In this document: piece after piece, positions 21,024 through 29,806 of the stretch
How the letters are laid out: the number at the start of each line of letters is the position of its first letter
Position numbering within the stretch: the stretch's first letter is position 1
NCBI GenBank assembly: GCA_017609105.1
Contig: JAFCEQ010000002.1
Span: forward strand, 1 to 54,090
From: Candidatus Parvarchaeota archaeon
GTDB taxonomy: Archaea > Nanobdellota > Nanobdellia > JAFCGN01
Length of the DNA: 54,090 bases
Direction: 5' to 3'
Made by a program: the position numbers and the translations under genes
Notes under the pieces: model-generated
Database searches by the model: none
Told to the model about the DNA's origin: nothing
What the model saw: only the letters and a program-made list of their open reading frames with translations

Positions 21024-21617
21024 ATGAATAAGAAAAGCTCATACAAGGAATCAAGATTCAAAAATTTTTTAACTAAAAATTTTTTAAACAATTACAGAAA
21101 AATTAAAGGGCGAAGGAATAATAATGTTTCAAGAACTCGTCAACATGTTTTAAGTGATTATAAAAGAATTAAAAAAGAAATAGGTTTTGATTTATTATCT
21201 TTTGAAGAAAGGTTCGGGATTAAAATAAAGGACACGTGTTATTATCACAAAATTTTTTTACAATTCATGAACAAGAACATAAGTGATTATATTGCTTTTT
21301 TTGATAAGGTTTTTAATGAGAATGGCGAATGGTTTTATCCAACAAGAAAAATGTTAGAAATCCATGCTGAAGTAGATAAAAAATTAAATATTTTTTATTT
21401 TAAAGCAATTAAATCAAGTTTATTAAGTGAAGAAGATGCTTATAATGTGATAAATGAATACTTAAAGTTTTCTTCAAAAACTCTTAAACCCTTTATTTTA
21501 GAAGTATGTGATTCTCAAATTAAAGAAATTAATTCCATAGACTCAATTATTGAAGAAATTAATGAAGAAGAATGGAATGAACTTAATGAAAAAAAAGAGT
21601 ACGACGGGTTTGTTTAA
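21024..21617 (+). CDS. Hypothetical protein
   Basis: 197-aa ORF, basic N-terminus and acidic C-terminus. Confidence 0.7.
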   Translation: MNKKSSYKESRFKNFLTKNFLNNYRKIKGRRNNNVSRTRQHVLSDYKRIKKEIGFDLLSFEERFGIKIKDTCYYHKIFLQFMNKNISDYIAFFDKVFNENGEWFYPTRKMLEIHAEVDKKLNIFYFKAIKSSLLSEEDAYNVINEYLKFSSKTLKPFILEVCDSQIKEINSIDSIIEEINEEEWNELNEKKEYDGFV

Positions 21618-21624
21618 TTAATAC

Positions 21625-22233
21625 TTAATTTTTTATCCAAAAAAGCCATAACAGAATTACCATACTAATTAATCCTTCTCTCCAAAGAAAATTATGTAAG
21701 AATTCAATGTTAGTATTAATTTTTATTGAATATAATATTAAACTTGTTATTCTAAGAATATTCACGAACAATATAATTGATGAACCAATAATAATTGCTT
21801 TTATTTTACTTTTTTTGTTCTTTTTATTATACGCTAATACAAGTGCTGTGAAAGCAAGAATGCTTCTATAACCCGTGCAAGCAGAATCTATTGCAAATCT
21901 TATTCGCGTGTTCTCAACATCAAGCAAGGGTATTATATTCTCATTACTCATAATTGTTGTTATGCTTGTATTATAACCTAAGAATGAAATTAGGTTTTTT
22001 ATTATAACTGCTTGCGGGAATTCAATAAACCATAAACTTGGTTTTAACCATTCAATTAAGTAAAGAGGTGTTGCTAAAACTAAAAGCTTTAAAAAGAATT
22101 CAAATGCAAAATAAATTTTTTTATTATTTTCATTTAAAGATTTAATAAATTTTTTTCTTTTTTCTAAAAAATAGTTTAATTTTTTGTTCACTAAATGTTT
22201 AAGCATTTTTAAATTATTTTTCATATTCTTCAC
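21625..22233 (-). CDS. Archaeosortase/exosortase family transpeptidase
   Basis: Multi-TM with Cys-Arg-His triad: IDSACTG, VNILRI, FLHN. Confidence 0.85.
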   Translation of the reverse strand: MKNMKNNLKMLKHLVNKKLNYFLEKRKKFIKSLNENNKKIYFAFEFFLKLLVLATPLYLIEWLKPSLWFIEFPQAVIIKNLISFLGYNTSITTIMSNENIIPLLDVENTRIRFAIDSACTGYRSILAFTALVLAYNKKNKKSKIKAIIIGSSIILFVNILRITSLILYSIKINTNIEFLHNFLWREGLISMVILLWLFWIKN

Positions 22234-22870
22234 TTAAAATTTTCACAATATACTCTGCTTTCTTTTTTCCAAGATTCTTTACTTTTTTTAATTCCTCTTC
22301 TTCTGCATTAACAATATTTCTTATTGTTTTGAATTCTTTAAGAAGGTTTTCAGCTAATTTAGGTCCTACAAAAGGCAAGCCCTCCACAATAAACTTTTTT
22401 TGTTCCTCATCACTGAGTTTTGTTCTCTTACCTCTTAATGAAATTGAACTCCCGTTTTTGAATTGTTCTCTTTTAGCAATAGTTTTAATTAACTTTGCTG
22501 TTTCAAGAGGTGTTTCTGTTTTAATAATAGGAATGCCGTAATCAATTACTAAACTGCTTAATGCTCCGAGAATTGCATTAGGATGGATTTTACGCAAAGC
22601 AAACAAATCCTTTGTTCCTTCAAGTATTATTAACGGTCGTTCAAACTGTTCTCTTAAATCTTTTGCTTGACTAAAAAGGCGTTTATCAATAAGCGATTCT
22701 AAGAAATCATTTATTGTTTTTCTTTCAATACAAACTCTTTTAGAGCAAATAAAATCTCCAACTTCAAGTTTTTTCATTTCAAGAATACAATTCATTTCAT
22801 ACAATTTTTTCATAATTATTGATTTGCTTTCCCTGTAATCAATTAAGATTTTAGGATTCTCTTCAATCAT
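22214..22870 (-). CDS. ERCC4/XPF nuclease with HhH (Hef C-terminal half)
   Basis: IDYRE, LEVGDF, IERKT..DF..S..D.RLF.Q, tandem HhH GLPFVGPK and VKNLGKKKA. Confidence 0.93.
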   Translation of the reverse strand: MIEENPKILIDYRESKSIIMKKLYEMNCILEMKKLEVGDFICSKRVCIERKTINDFLESLIDKRLFSQAKDLREQFERPLIILEGTKDLFALRKIHPNAILGALSSLVIDYGIPIIKTETPLETAKLIKTIAKREQFKNGSSISLRGKRTKLSDEEQKKFIVEGLPFVGPKLAENLLKEFKTIRNIVNAEEEELKKVKNLGKKKAEYIVKILSEEYEK

Positions 22871-23378
22871 TTACTATCTCCTCAAGCAGTGTTCTAATCC
22901 TCTGAATGTTTTGCTCAGTGTTCAATAAATACACTCTGAATTTATCTTCAATAATCTCATATTCTTTTTTAATCTTATTATATACTTCAAGATTAGCATC
23001 GCTTAAAGTTTTTTTACGCATTAATAATCTTTTTTTAATAATATTCTCATTGCACACGCACTCAATAATTTTTAAATCATATTTGAATTCATCGCAAATT
23101 TTTTTAATTCTCTCAATTCTTCTTACTTTACTATAAGTTCCGTCAAGAATTTTAGGAATTCCTTGTTTTAATGATTCTGAAAGCATTTCTTCAATTCTTT
23201 TATAAACTCTTTTTTTATTGCTTTCCTCATAAATGCTTCCTTCAAAAAATATTTCACCACTTTTCCTAACTTCATCAGTGCTTAAGCATTCTATTTTAAG
23301 AATTTCTGAAAGCAATTTAGATGTACTTGTTTTTCCAGTGCCTGGAAGCCCTCTAAAAAGATAACATTCTTTCTTCAT
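22863..23378 (-). CDS. P-loop kinase (AAA_33/COG0645-like)
   Basis: GLPGTGKTS, STDEVRK, ILDGTY, RL..R....SDA. Confidence 0.85.
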   Translation of the reverse strand: MKKECYLFRGLPGTGKTSTSKLLSEILKIECLSTDEVRKSGEIFFEGSIYEESNKKRVYKRIEEMLSESLKQGIPKILDGTYSKVRRIERIKKICDEFKYDLKIIECVCNENIIKKRLLMRKKTLSDANLEVYNKIKKEYEIIEDKFRVYLLNTEQNIQRIRTLLEEIVND

Positions 23379-23397
23379 GTTTTTAATTAATTAAAAA

Positions 23398-24912
23398 TTA
23401 ATTTAAAAAATCTTTTAAGAGTTTTTGTTTTCTTATTTCACTCTTATTTTTGAGTTCAACTATTGCTTTTTTCATATTCTTTTCTTTATGCTTGCTCACC
23501 CAATAATATGCTTCATCAATCGTGTTCTTCATTATTAAAACAAAAATTTTTCCAATATCAGTTCTTCCAATTCTTCCTCTTCTTTGAATGCTTCTAAGAG
23601 CAGAAGGTATTGGCTCATAAAAAATTCCTAAATCAATGCTTGGAATATGAATTCCTTCTTCACCAATACTTGTGCAAACAAGGATTTGGAATTCATTTTT
23701 TTTGAATTTTTCAAGAACTTTTTTTTGTTCTTTTTGACTCATTCCCTTATTTTGTCCTATAAAAATTTCTGTTCTGAAATTATTTTTAATTAATTCTTTT
23801 TTCAAAATCTCTGTTGTTTTCCTGTAATTAGTGAAGATTATTGCTTTACTTTTTTCTTTTAATTCTCTTCTCAAAATATTTATGAGTGCTTCAATTTTAG
23901 GATTACTAATTTTTTCAGTGTTTAATAAAGAAATAGCATTCTTGAAATTAATGTTTTCAACAATTGTCTTATTTGCTTTTATCTTATTATTTTTAAGAAG
24001 AGAATTATAATATTCTAATAAGCTTTCTGCTCCTTGAGTTAAAAAAATTTCTTTTGAATGAAGGATTTTTATGCAAGCACTAATTCTTGAAAGTTCAGAA
24101 TAAAAGTTTTCACCGTTCTTAATTAATTCTAATGCTTTTTTTTGCGCTTCCAATAATTCTTTTTTATTAATTTTTGTTTGATTAATGCTTTTAATCAAAG
24201 CACTATTCTTTAACAGGATTAATTGTTCTTTCAAGCAATTTTCAAGAAATTTCTTTATTTTCTTATGCTTCTCGCTTAAAGAAATAAAAATTGGTTTTAT
24301 TTCCTTTTTTTTTAAATAATGTTTTATTAATTCATCACTTTCTTCTATAATCTCAATTTCCTTAAAGTTTAAGTTTTTCATTATTTCTTCAATTTTTTTA
24401 ATATCGCTTCCAGGACTTGCTGTAAGCCCTAAAACTTTTTTTTCTTTTCTTCCGCACTTATTATATTCTTTTGCAATAAAAGTATAAGCGTATTCTCCAA
24501 CACCTCTATGTGCTTCATCAAAAATAATTAAAGAAACTTCTTCAAGATTAATTCTTCTTGTTATTATATCATTTTCAATTGTTTGCCCTGTTGCAAAAAT
24601 TATTTTACTTTTCTCCCATATTTTTTTTCTTTTCTCAGGAAGAATGCTTCCATTATAAACGCTTAAATCTTTTTCTTCATAATCAGTTAAGAATTCTTCA
24701 AAAGTTTTTTTATGCTGCTCGCATAATGGTTTTGTTGGAGCTAAGAAAAGAACTTTGCCTTCTCTTACTTTCAATAAACTCAAACCTAAACCAATTAAGG
24801 TTTTGCCTGCTCCAGTAGGGAGAACGCATAACAAATTTGTTTTAATTGCCTTGCCTAAAATGGTTTCTTGATAAAGCCGTAATTTTATATTAGAACGAAG
24901 TCTCATTTGCAA
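23398..24912 (-). CDS. SF2 helicase, Hef/FANCM/Mph1-like (N-terminal half of Hef)
   Basis: RLYQE, LPTGAGKT, LAPTKPL, DEAHR, GLTASPG, TSIGEEG, IQRRGRIGR, DEAYYW. Confidence 0.93.
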   Translation of the reverse strand: MQMRLRSNIKLRLYQETILGKAIKTNLLCVLPTGAGKTLIGLGLSLLKVREGKVLFLAPTKPLCEQHKKTFEEFLTDYEEKDLSVYNGSILPEKRKKIWEKSKIIFATGQTIENDIITRRINLEEVSLIIFDEAHRGVGEYAYTFIAKEYNKCGRKEKKVLGLTASPGSDIKKIEEIMKNLNFKEIEIIEESDELIKHYLKKKEIKPIFISLSEKHKKIKKFLENCLKEQLILLKNSALIKSINQTKINKKELLEAQKKALELIKNGENFYSELSRISACIKILHSKEIFLTQGAESLLEYYNSLLKNNKIKANKTIVENINFKNAISLLNTEKISNPKIEALINILRRELKEKSKAIIFTNYRKTTEILKKELIKNNFRTEIFIGQNKGMSQKEQKKVLEKFKKNEFQILVCTSIGEEGIHIPSIDLGIFYEPIPSALRSIQRRGRIGRTDIGKIFVLIMKNTIDEAYYWVSKHKEKNMKKAIVELKNKSEIRKQKLLKDFLN

Positions 24913-24933
24913 AAATTAATGATTTTTTTTATT

Positions 24934-25689
24934 TTATAACTTTTTTTTATTCTCTGTTTCTTCTAAAATCTTATTAGCAAGTTCATATCCTCCAATAACT
25001 TCAGGAGTTATGATTATATCAGCACCTAAAGCCCTCATTCTATCACCAATAGTTAAGTTATCGCATCTTGTTGCTATTTTAATTTTAGGATTCAAATGCT
25101 TTGCTTGAACTACTAAGAATAAGTTATCTTCATTCGTGCCTAAAGCACAAATTATTGCTTTTGCTTTTTCAATCCCTGCTTTTTTTAATGCTCTCTCATC
25201 AAGACAATCCTCGTTTAACACAAAGAATCCGTGTTTTCTTTTTAATCCTTCAGCAGTTTTAACATCGTTTTCTAAAATGATAAACTTCTCCTTGTTTTTT
25301 GATAATTTATCCGCAGCATGGAATCCTACTCTTCCACCACCGCAAATAATTATGTGGTTTTTTAAATTCCTTAATTTGACCATAGAATAAACACCTCCAA
25401 TCATATTAGCATTAAGAAATAATAATACAACATTATCAATTAGATAATAAAGAACATAAGCAGCTAAGAAAGTGAAAATAAGCGGAAGCGCAATCAATTC
25501 ACCTATCTCATTTAAAGGAGGTAAAGTAGTGTCCCCACCTAAAATCCTGAATATTGCGTAAATAAATGCTTTATCAAGTGATTCACCGTTTAAGAATGAA
25601 TTAAGCCACGCACCTGAGAATAAAAAGAAGACAACTAATCCAAAACAAATCATTATTTTTTTTATTATGTTTTTATTATTTTCTTTCAC
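24934..25689 (-). CDS. 2-TM channel-like protein with RCK/TrkA-N domain (MthK-like); filter motif degenerate
   Basis: Two TM helices flank a pore-helix-like segment; NHIIICGGGRVG, LKKAGIEKAK, DNLFLV..AK.LNP, GADIIITPE. Confidence 0.8.
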   Translation of the reverse strand: MKENNKNIIKKIMICFGLVVFFLFSGAWLNSFLNGESLDKAFIYAIFRILGGDTTLPPLNEIGELIALPLIFTFLAAYVLYYLIDNVVLLFLNANMIGGVYSMVKLRNLKNHIIICGGGRVGFHAADKLSKNKEKFIILENDVKTAEGLKRKHGFFVLNEDCLDERALKKAGIEKAKAIICALGTNEDNLFLVVQAKHLNPKIKIATRCDNLTIGDRMRALGADIIITPEVIGGYELANKILEETENKKKL

Positions 25690-25767
25690 TTTATTTTAAA
25701 ACTTTTAATTGCTTAAATTTCTTTTGAATTTATAAGCAACTTTTTTTAGAGAATTTTTTTTGGAATG

Positions 25768-25863
25768 TGCGGAGAGCAGGATTCGAACCTGCGTAGGCAC
25801 TAAGCCAACAGGTTACCCAGTTGCTCTTGAGCCTGTCCCGTTTGACCGCTCCGGCATCTCCGC
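25768..25863 (-). tRNA. tRNA-Leu(CAA) with a 12-nt intron at 37/38 (intron 25814-25825)
   Basis: ACAGG-CT-CAA-G-[AGCAACTGGGTA]-A-CCTGT; long variable arm; 84 nt after splicing. Confidence 0.93.
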
Positions 25864-25937
25864 ACTATTTTTATTTAGTTATTTGATATTTTTTAAACAT
25901 TTTGTTATGCTCTTATGCTTGAAGAAGTTGTTAAAAA

Positions 25938-26456
25938 TTATTTTTGAAGAATTTTTTGTAAATCCTCTAATTCTTTTCTTAAACTGCTTATGCTTTTTAT
26001 TGCTTTTTTAGGCGATTTCTTTTCTTCTAATTTCTTTAATTCTTTGCTCAAAGGTTTTTCTTTTTTACTTGCTTTTTTTGTAATATTTTCTTTTTTGCTT
26101 TCAATTTTATTTTTTGCTTTCATCCACTCCTTAATTAATTCTCCGTCCTGAGTTTTTTCTAAAATAGGTTCTTTAATCTTAATTTCTTTTTTTTCAGGAA
26201 GTTTTGGCAAAACGTTTTCAAGCTCTTTAATGATTTCTCTTGTTAATTTTGATTGATTTAATATTTCTTCTTGCACTTCTTTTTTTTTCTTTCTTAATTC
26301 ATTAATTTCATCTAAAATGCTAGAATACCTTTTTGTTAGATTTATTAATTCCTCTAATTTCCTATTAATTATAGGCATTCCAGGAACTTTTACATACTCA
26401 TAATACGTAAATTTTTTTGGTTTTGTTGTAATTTTTTTCTTAGTTTTCTGTTTCAT
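25938..26456 (-). CDS. Hypothetical Lys/Glu-rich coiled-coil protein
   Basis: 172-aa ORF with heptad character. Confidence 0.75.
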   Translation of the reverse strand: MKQKTKKKITTKPKKFTYYEYVKVPGMPIINRKLEELINLTKRYSSILDEINELRKKKKEVQEEILNQSKLTREIIKELENVLPKLPEKKEIKIKEPILEKTQDGELIKEWMKAKNKIESKKENITKKASKKEKPLSKELKKLEEKKSPKKAIKSISSLRKELEDLQKILQK

Positions 26457-26543
26457 TACATTAAAAAGTAGTATAATGAAATTAATATAACTTTTGAAAA
26501 TTCGTGTTCAATTAAAGAATTAATGAACTCACTGTTTTTTTTA

Positions 26544-26616
26544 TGGGCCGGGCCGGATTCGAACCGGCGATTCCTGCGACGTGAACGCAGTGTCATAGCC
26601 ACTAGACCACCAGCCC
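26544..26616 (-). tRNA. tRNA-Val(CAC)
   Basis: Reverse complement GGGCTGG...CTGCG-TT-CAC-GT-CGCAG...GGTTCGAATCC...CCGGCCC-A. Confidence 0.95.
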
Positions 26617-26699
26617 TTATTTATTATCGGAATAATGGAAATTTTTTATCTTTTTCTATTTAAAAAAGATTTTAATTAATTATTTTTGGTGATGAAAAA

Positions 26700-26822
26700 A
26701 TGGTGGGATCGTTTTTAAGTTATGAGGAACTTATGGAAAGAATAAGAATGAAAGAGGAGAAGCACAAATCAAATCTTGAATGGTTCAAAAACAGGATTCG
26801 AGCTAAAACAAGGTGTTTGTAA
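26700..26822 (+). CDS. Small 40-aa ORF absent from the ORF track (MVGSFLSYEELMERIRMKEEKHKSNLEWFKNRIRAKTRCL)
   Basis: GGTGA SD at 26688-26692, ATG 26700, TAA 26820-26822, upstream TATTTAAAAA. Confidence 0.55.
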   Translation: MVGSFLSYEELMERIRMKEEKHKSNLEWFKNRIRAKTRCL

Positions 26823-26892
26823 AAAAATAAAAAATGGTTTTTAAGAGCATTAATTTTACTAAGAAGATTTTTGTACTATTAATTTAATACTT

Positions 26893-27465
26893 TTAGATTT
26901 CAGCACTTGAAAAAGTTTCATCCAAAAATAACAGCATATTATTCATTCTTTCTATAATGCTTTCACTACTAATTATTTTTTCTTTTTCATCTCCTTCAAT
27001 TTTCTTAAGTTCAGTTATTTTGTCTTCAAGTTCTTGCAAACTTTTTCTTAATTTTGTTATATTATCCATTACTTGCCTGTATTTTTCAAGTTTAACATAA
27101 ACTTCTGGCTTTAATGGTTTTATTTCAGGTATGGGTTTTACTGGTATTTCAGGAGCTTCTGTTTCAATAGGCAGTTTAAACGCTTTTTCTTCTGTTTTTA
27201 AGGGTTCTTCTATTTTAGGACTTTCAAATTTAGGCGTTTCTATTGGCTTGTTAATGTCAGGTAAGTTAAGCGCTTTTGGTGGTGAGGGCATTTCTTTTTG
27301 TGTTTCTATTGGCTTATTAATGTCTGGTAAATTAGTTGGTGCTTTTGGTGGTGTAGGCATTTCAGGCAGTGAAGGTATTTTTGGTGGTGTTATTGGAGGA
27401 GTTTTAGGAGCTTCAGGTTTAAGCGTTTTTGTTTTTTCTTTTTTCTTTTTTCCAAATAATGCCAT
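26893..27465 (-). CDS. Hypothetical protein: Pro-rich repeat region plus C-terminal coiled coil
   Basis: Two EMPxPPKA..NLPDINKPIET units; C-terminal EVYVKLEKY then heptads. Confidence 0.8.
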   Translation of the reverse strand: MALFGKKKKEKTKTLKPEAPKTPPITPPKIPSLPEMPTPPKAPTNLPDINKPIETQKEMPSPPKALNLPDINKPIETPKFESPKIEEPLKTEEKAFKLPIETEAPEIPVKPIPEIKPLKPEVYVKLEKYRQVMDNITKLRKSLQELEDKITELKKIEGDEKEKIISSESIIERMNNMLLFLDETFSSAEI

Positions 27466-27598
27466 TTTTATTCACTTTTTTATATCTATATTAATCATTA
27501 TCTTTTATTATATATTATTTTTTTGATTTTATGCTTTTAATTAAGTAAGAATTAATGATTTATAAACATTTTAATTTTTTTATTGAGTATTATTCTTT

Positions 27599-28597
27599 AT
27601 GAAGAAAGCTTTGTATTTTGTTAAATTAAAAAATAATTTTGTTAAGTGCAATCTTTGTAGGAAGCATTGTATAATTAAGGAGAATGGTTTTGGTAATTGT
27701 AATGCAAGAAAGAATGTTAATGGGGTTTTGTATTCTATGGTATATCAAAAAATAGTGAGCATGAGTGTTGATCCTATTGAGAAGAAACCCTTGTTTCATT
27801 TTTTTCCTGGTTCTGAAACTCTTTCTTATGCAACAAGCGGGTGTAATTTTCATTGCAAGTTTTGCCAAAATTGGGAGATTTCTCAAAAGAAGCCAAATGA
27901 GGTTTTTTATGAAATTATTCCTTCAGAACAATTAGTGAGTATTGCTAAAGAACATTCTTTGAATATTATTTCTCACACGTATACTGAACCCACTGTTTTT
28001 TATGAGTACGCTCTTGAAGTTGCAAGGAAATCTAATTCTCTTGGAATGAAAAACGTTTTTGTGACGAATGGGTATATTGAATCAGCTCCTTTAAGAAGAA
28101 TAAGCAAGTTTTTGAATGCAGCGAACATTGACTTGAAAGGTTTTAATGAAAAATTTTATTCTCAAATTTGCGATGCTGAATTAAATGAAGTTTTGAAGTC
28201 AATAAAACTTTACAAGAAACACGGAGTTCATATTGAATTAACTAATTTGATTATTCCAAAGAAAAATGATGATTTAGGAGAGATAAAGTTAATGTGCGAG
28301 TGGATTATAAAGAATCTCGGTAAAAATGTTCCATTACATTTTTCTGCGTTTTTTCCTTCTTATAAAATGAGAAGCTCTGCTCCAACAAATCCAAAAACAC
28401 TTCATAAAGCAAAAGAAATCGCTATTGATTCTGGCATTCGGTATGTTTATGTGGGGAACACTATGGAGGAGGAGAACACTTATTGTTATGACTGCAATCA
28501 TTTGTTGATAAAAAGAAAGAATTTCAGAGTATTAATTAATAATTTGAGGGGGAACAAATGTCCGGAGTGTGGCGCAAAACAATATTTTGTTTTTTGA
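27599..28597 (+). CDS. amrS: AmmeMemoRadiSam radical SAM enzyme
   Basis: N-terminal CNLCRKHC, DPIEKKPLFHFFPG, GCNFHCKFCQNWEISQ, TYTEP, C-terminal CYDC and CPECG. Confidence 0.94.
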   Translation: MKKALYFVKLKNNFVKCNLCRKHCIIKENGFGNCNARKNVNGVLYSMVYQKIVSMSVDPIEKKPLFHFFPGSETLSYATSGCNFHCKFCQNWEISQKKPNEVFYEIIPSEQLVSIAKEHSLNIISHTYTEPTVFYEYALEVARKSNSLGMKNVFVTNGYIESAPLRRISKFLNAANIDLKGFNEKFYSQICDAELNEVLKSIKLYKKHGVHIELTNLIIPKKNDDLGEIKLMCEWIIKNLGKNVPLHFSAFFPSYKMRSSAPTNPKTLHKAKEIAIDSGIRYVYVGNTMEEENTYCYDCNHLLIKRKNFRVLINNLRGNKCPECGAKQYFVF

Positions 28598-29778
28598 TTT
28601 TTTTGATTTTATTTAATCTTAACTCTGCTAAACCAACTATTGAATCAAGGGTTTTACAGCATGAAATCTTTTTAGGAGAGCAAATTGATTTTGAATGGGT
28701 TGTTGAAGGACTTAATGATTCTGATATTTTAAGAATTTATGAGCTTCCTTGCGTAATAAATGATTCAGGCATTAAATGCCCGTCAATTAAATTAGATTAT
28801 AGGATTCAAGAAATAAATATTTCAGGAATAACAAGCAGTGTGAAAATAATTCCTTCTCATTCAGGTGTTCTACGTATTTGTGCTGACTTGCTTCACGGAG
28901 GAATGGATTGTGATAAGGATAATTACTTGCTTGTTAAAGAAATAAGAAAAGAAGTGGAAACACAAGTGGTTACTGAAGTGAAAGAAGTTGAGAAAATTGT
29001 TGAGAAAGTGGTTGAAAAAATAGAGTATGTTATTCCAAAACCGAGTTTTGTGTTAGAAGTGATTGAATGGCCTAAAACTATTAGGGCAGGCAAGAATATT
29101 TCAATAATCCTGAATATTTCAAACCCTTGCAATTTCTCTCAACAAGTTAATGTTTATTCTTACTTATTCAATTCTTCTCATTGTTATACTGGTGGTTGGA
29201 CTAAGAATAAAGAACAAGTGATTCTCGCGCCTTTTTCAAGTTCAATAATTAATTTAACAAATCAAGTGAATGATTCTGTTAATGGCACAGCAACACTAAG
29301 AGTTAGGGCAAAAGTTAATGGAACAAATTATGACTCCTCAAAAGAATACAATATTCTTGAAAGACAATATTATGATTTACAAGTAGGGGAAGAACACAAT
29401 TTTACTAATAAGAACACTAATTTAACTATTTTTTTGGAAAACACTGGAAACATTCCTGCTAATATTACAATAAAACTGCTTTCAAATAATGGAACGCTTT
29501 CTTTTAATTTTTCAGTGAAGAATTCTTTAAAAAAAACATTTACTCTTAATTCAACTGAATTTGTTTTACAAGTATTAGATAAGAATGAACTTCTTTATTC
29601 CAAATTTATTGCTAAACCAAGAATTTTGTTGAAAAATAAGATAACAGGGAGTTTTTTAGCAACTAAGCAAGAAATTATTTCTTTTTCAAACAAAATAATT
29701 ACTAAACAGAATACTTTATATATGCTTACTTCAATATTTTCTCTTATTGGTTTATACTTTTTAACCAAGAAATATTAG
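28558..29778 (+). CDS. Secreted/surface glycoprotein with Ig/CARDB-like domains and C-terminal membrane anchor
   Basis: Signal peptide (...LNSA|KP), VEKIVEKVVEK stalk, many N-x-S/T sequons, LENTGN, C-terminal hydrophobic helix plus KKY. Confidence 0.8.
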   Translation: MSGVWRKTIFCFLIFLILFNLNSAKPTIESRVLQHEIFLGEQIDFEWVVEGLNDSDILRIYELPCVINDSGIKCPSIKLDYRIQEINISGITSSVKIIPSHSGVLRICADLLHGGMDCDKDNYLLVKEIRKEVETQVVTEVKEVEKIVEKVVEKIEYVIPKPSFVLEVIEWPKTIRAGKNISIILNISNPCNFSQQVNVYSYLFNSSHCYTGGWTKNKEQVILAPFSSSIINLTNQVNDSVNGTATLRVRAKVNGTNYDSSKEYNILERQYYDLQVGEEHNFTNKNTNLTIFLENTGNIPANITIKLLSNNGTLSFNFSVKNSLKKTFTLNSTEFVLQVLDKNELLYSKFIAKPRILLKNKITGSFLATKQEIISFSNKIITKQNTLYMLTSIFSLIGLYFLTKKY

Positions 29779-29806
29779 TATTTATAAAAAAATTAAAGGT
29801 GTTTGA

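Noticed and set aside
25760..26011. 83-aa plus-strand ORF
   Set aside because: Antisense to tRNA-Leu and the neighbouring CDS
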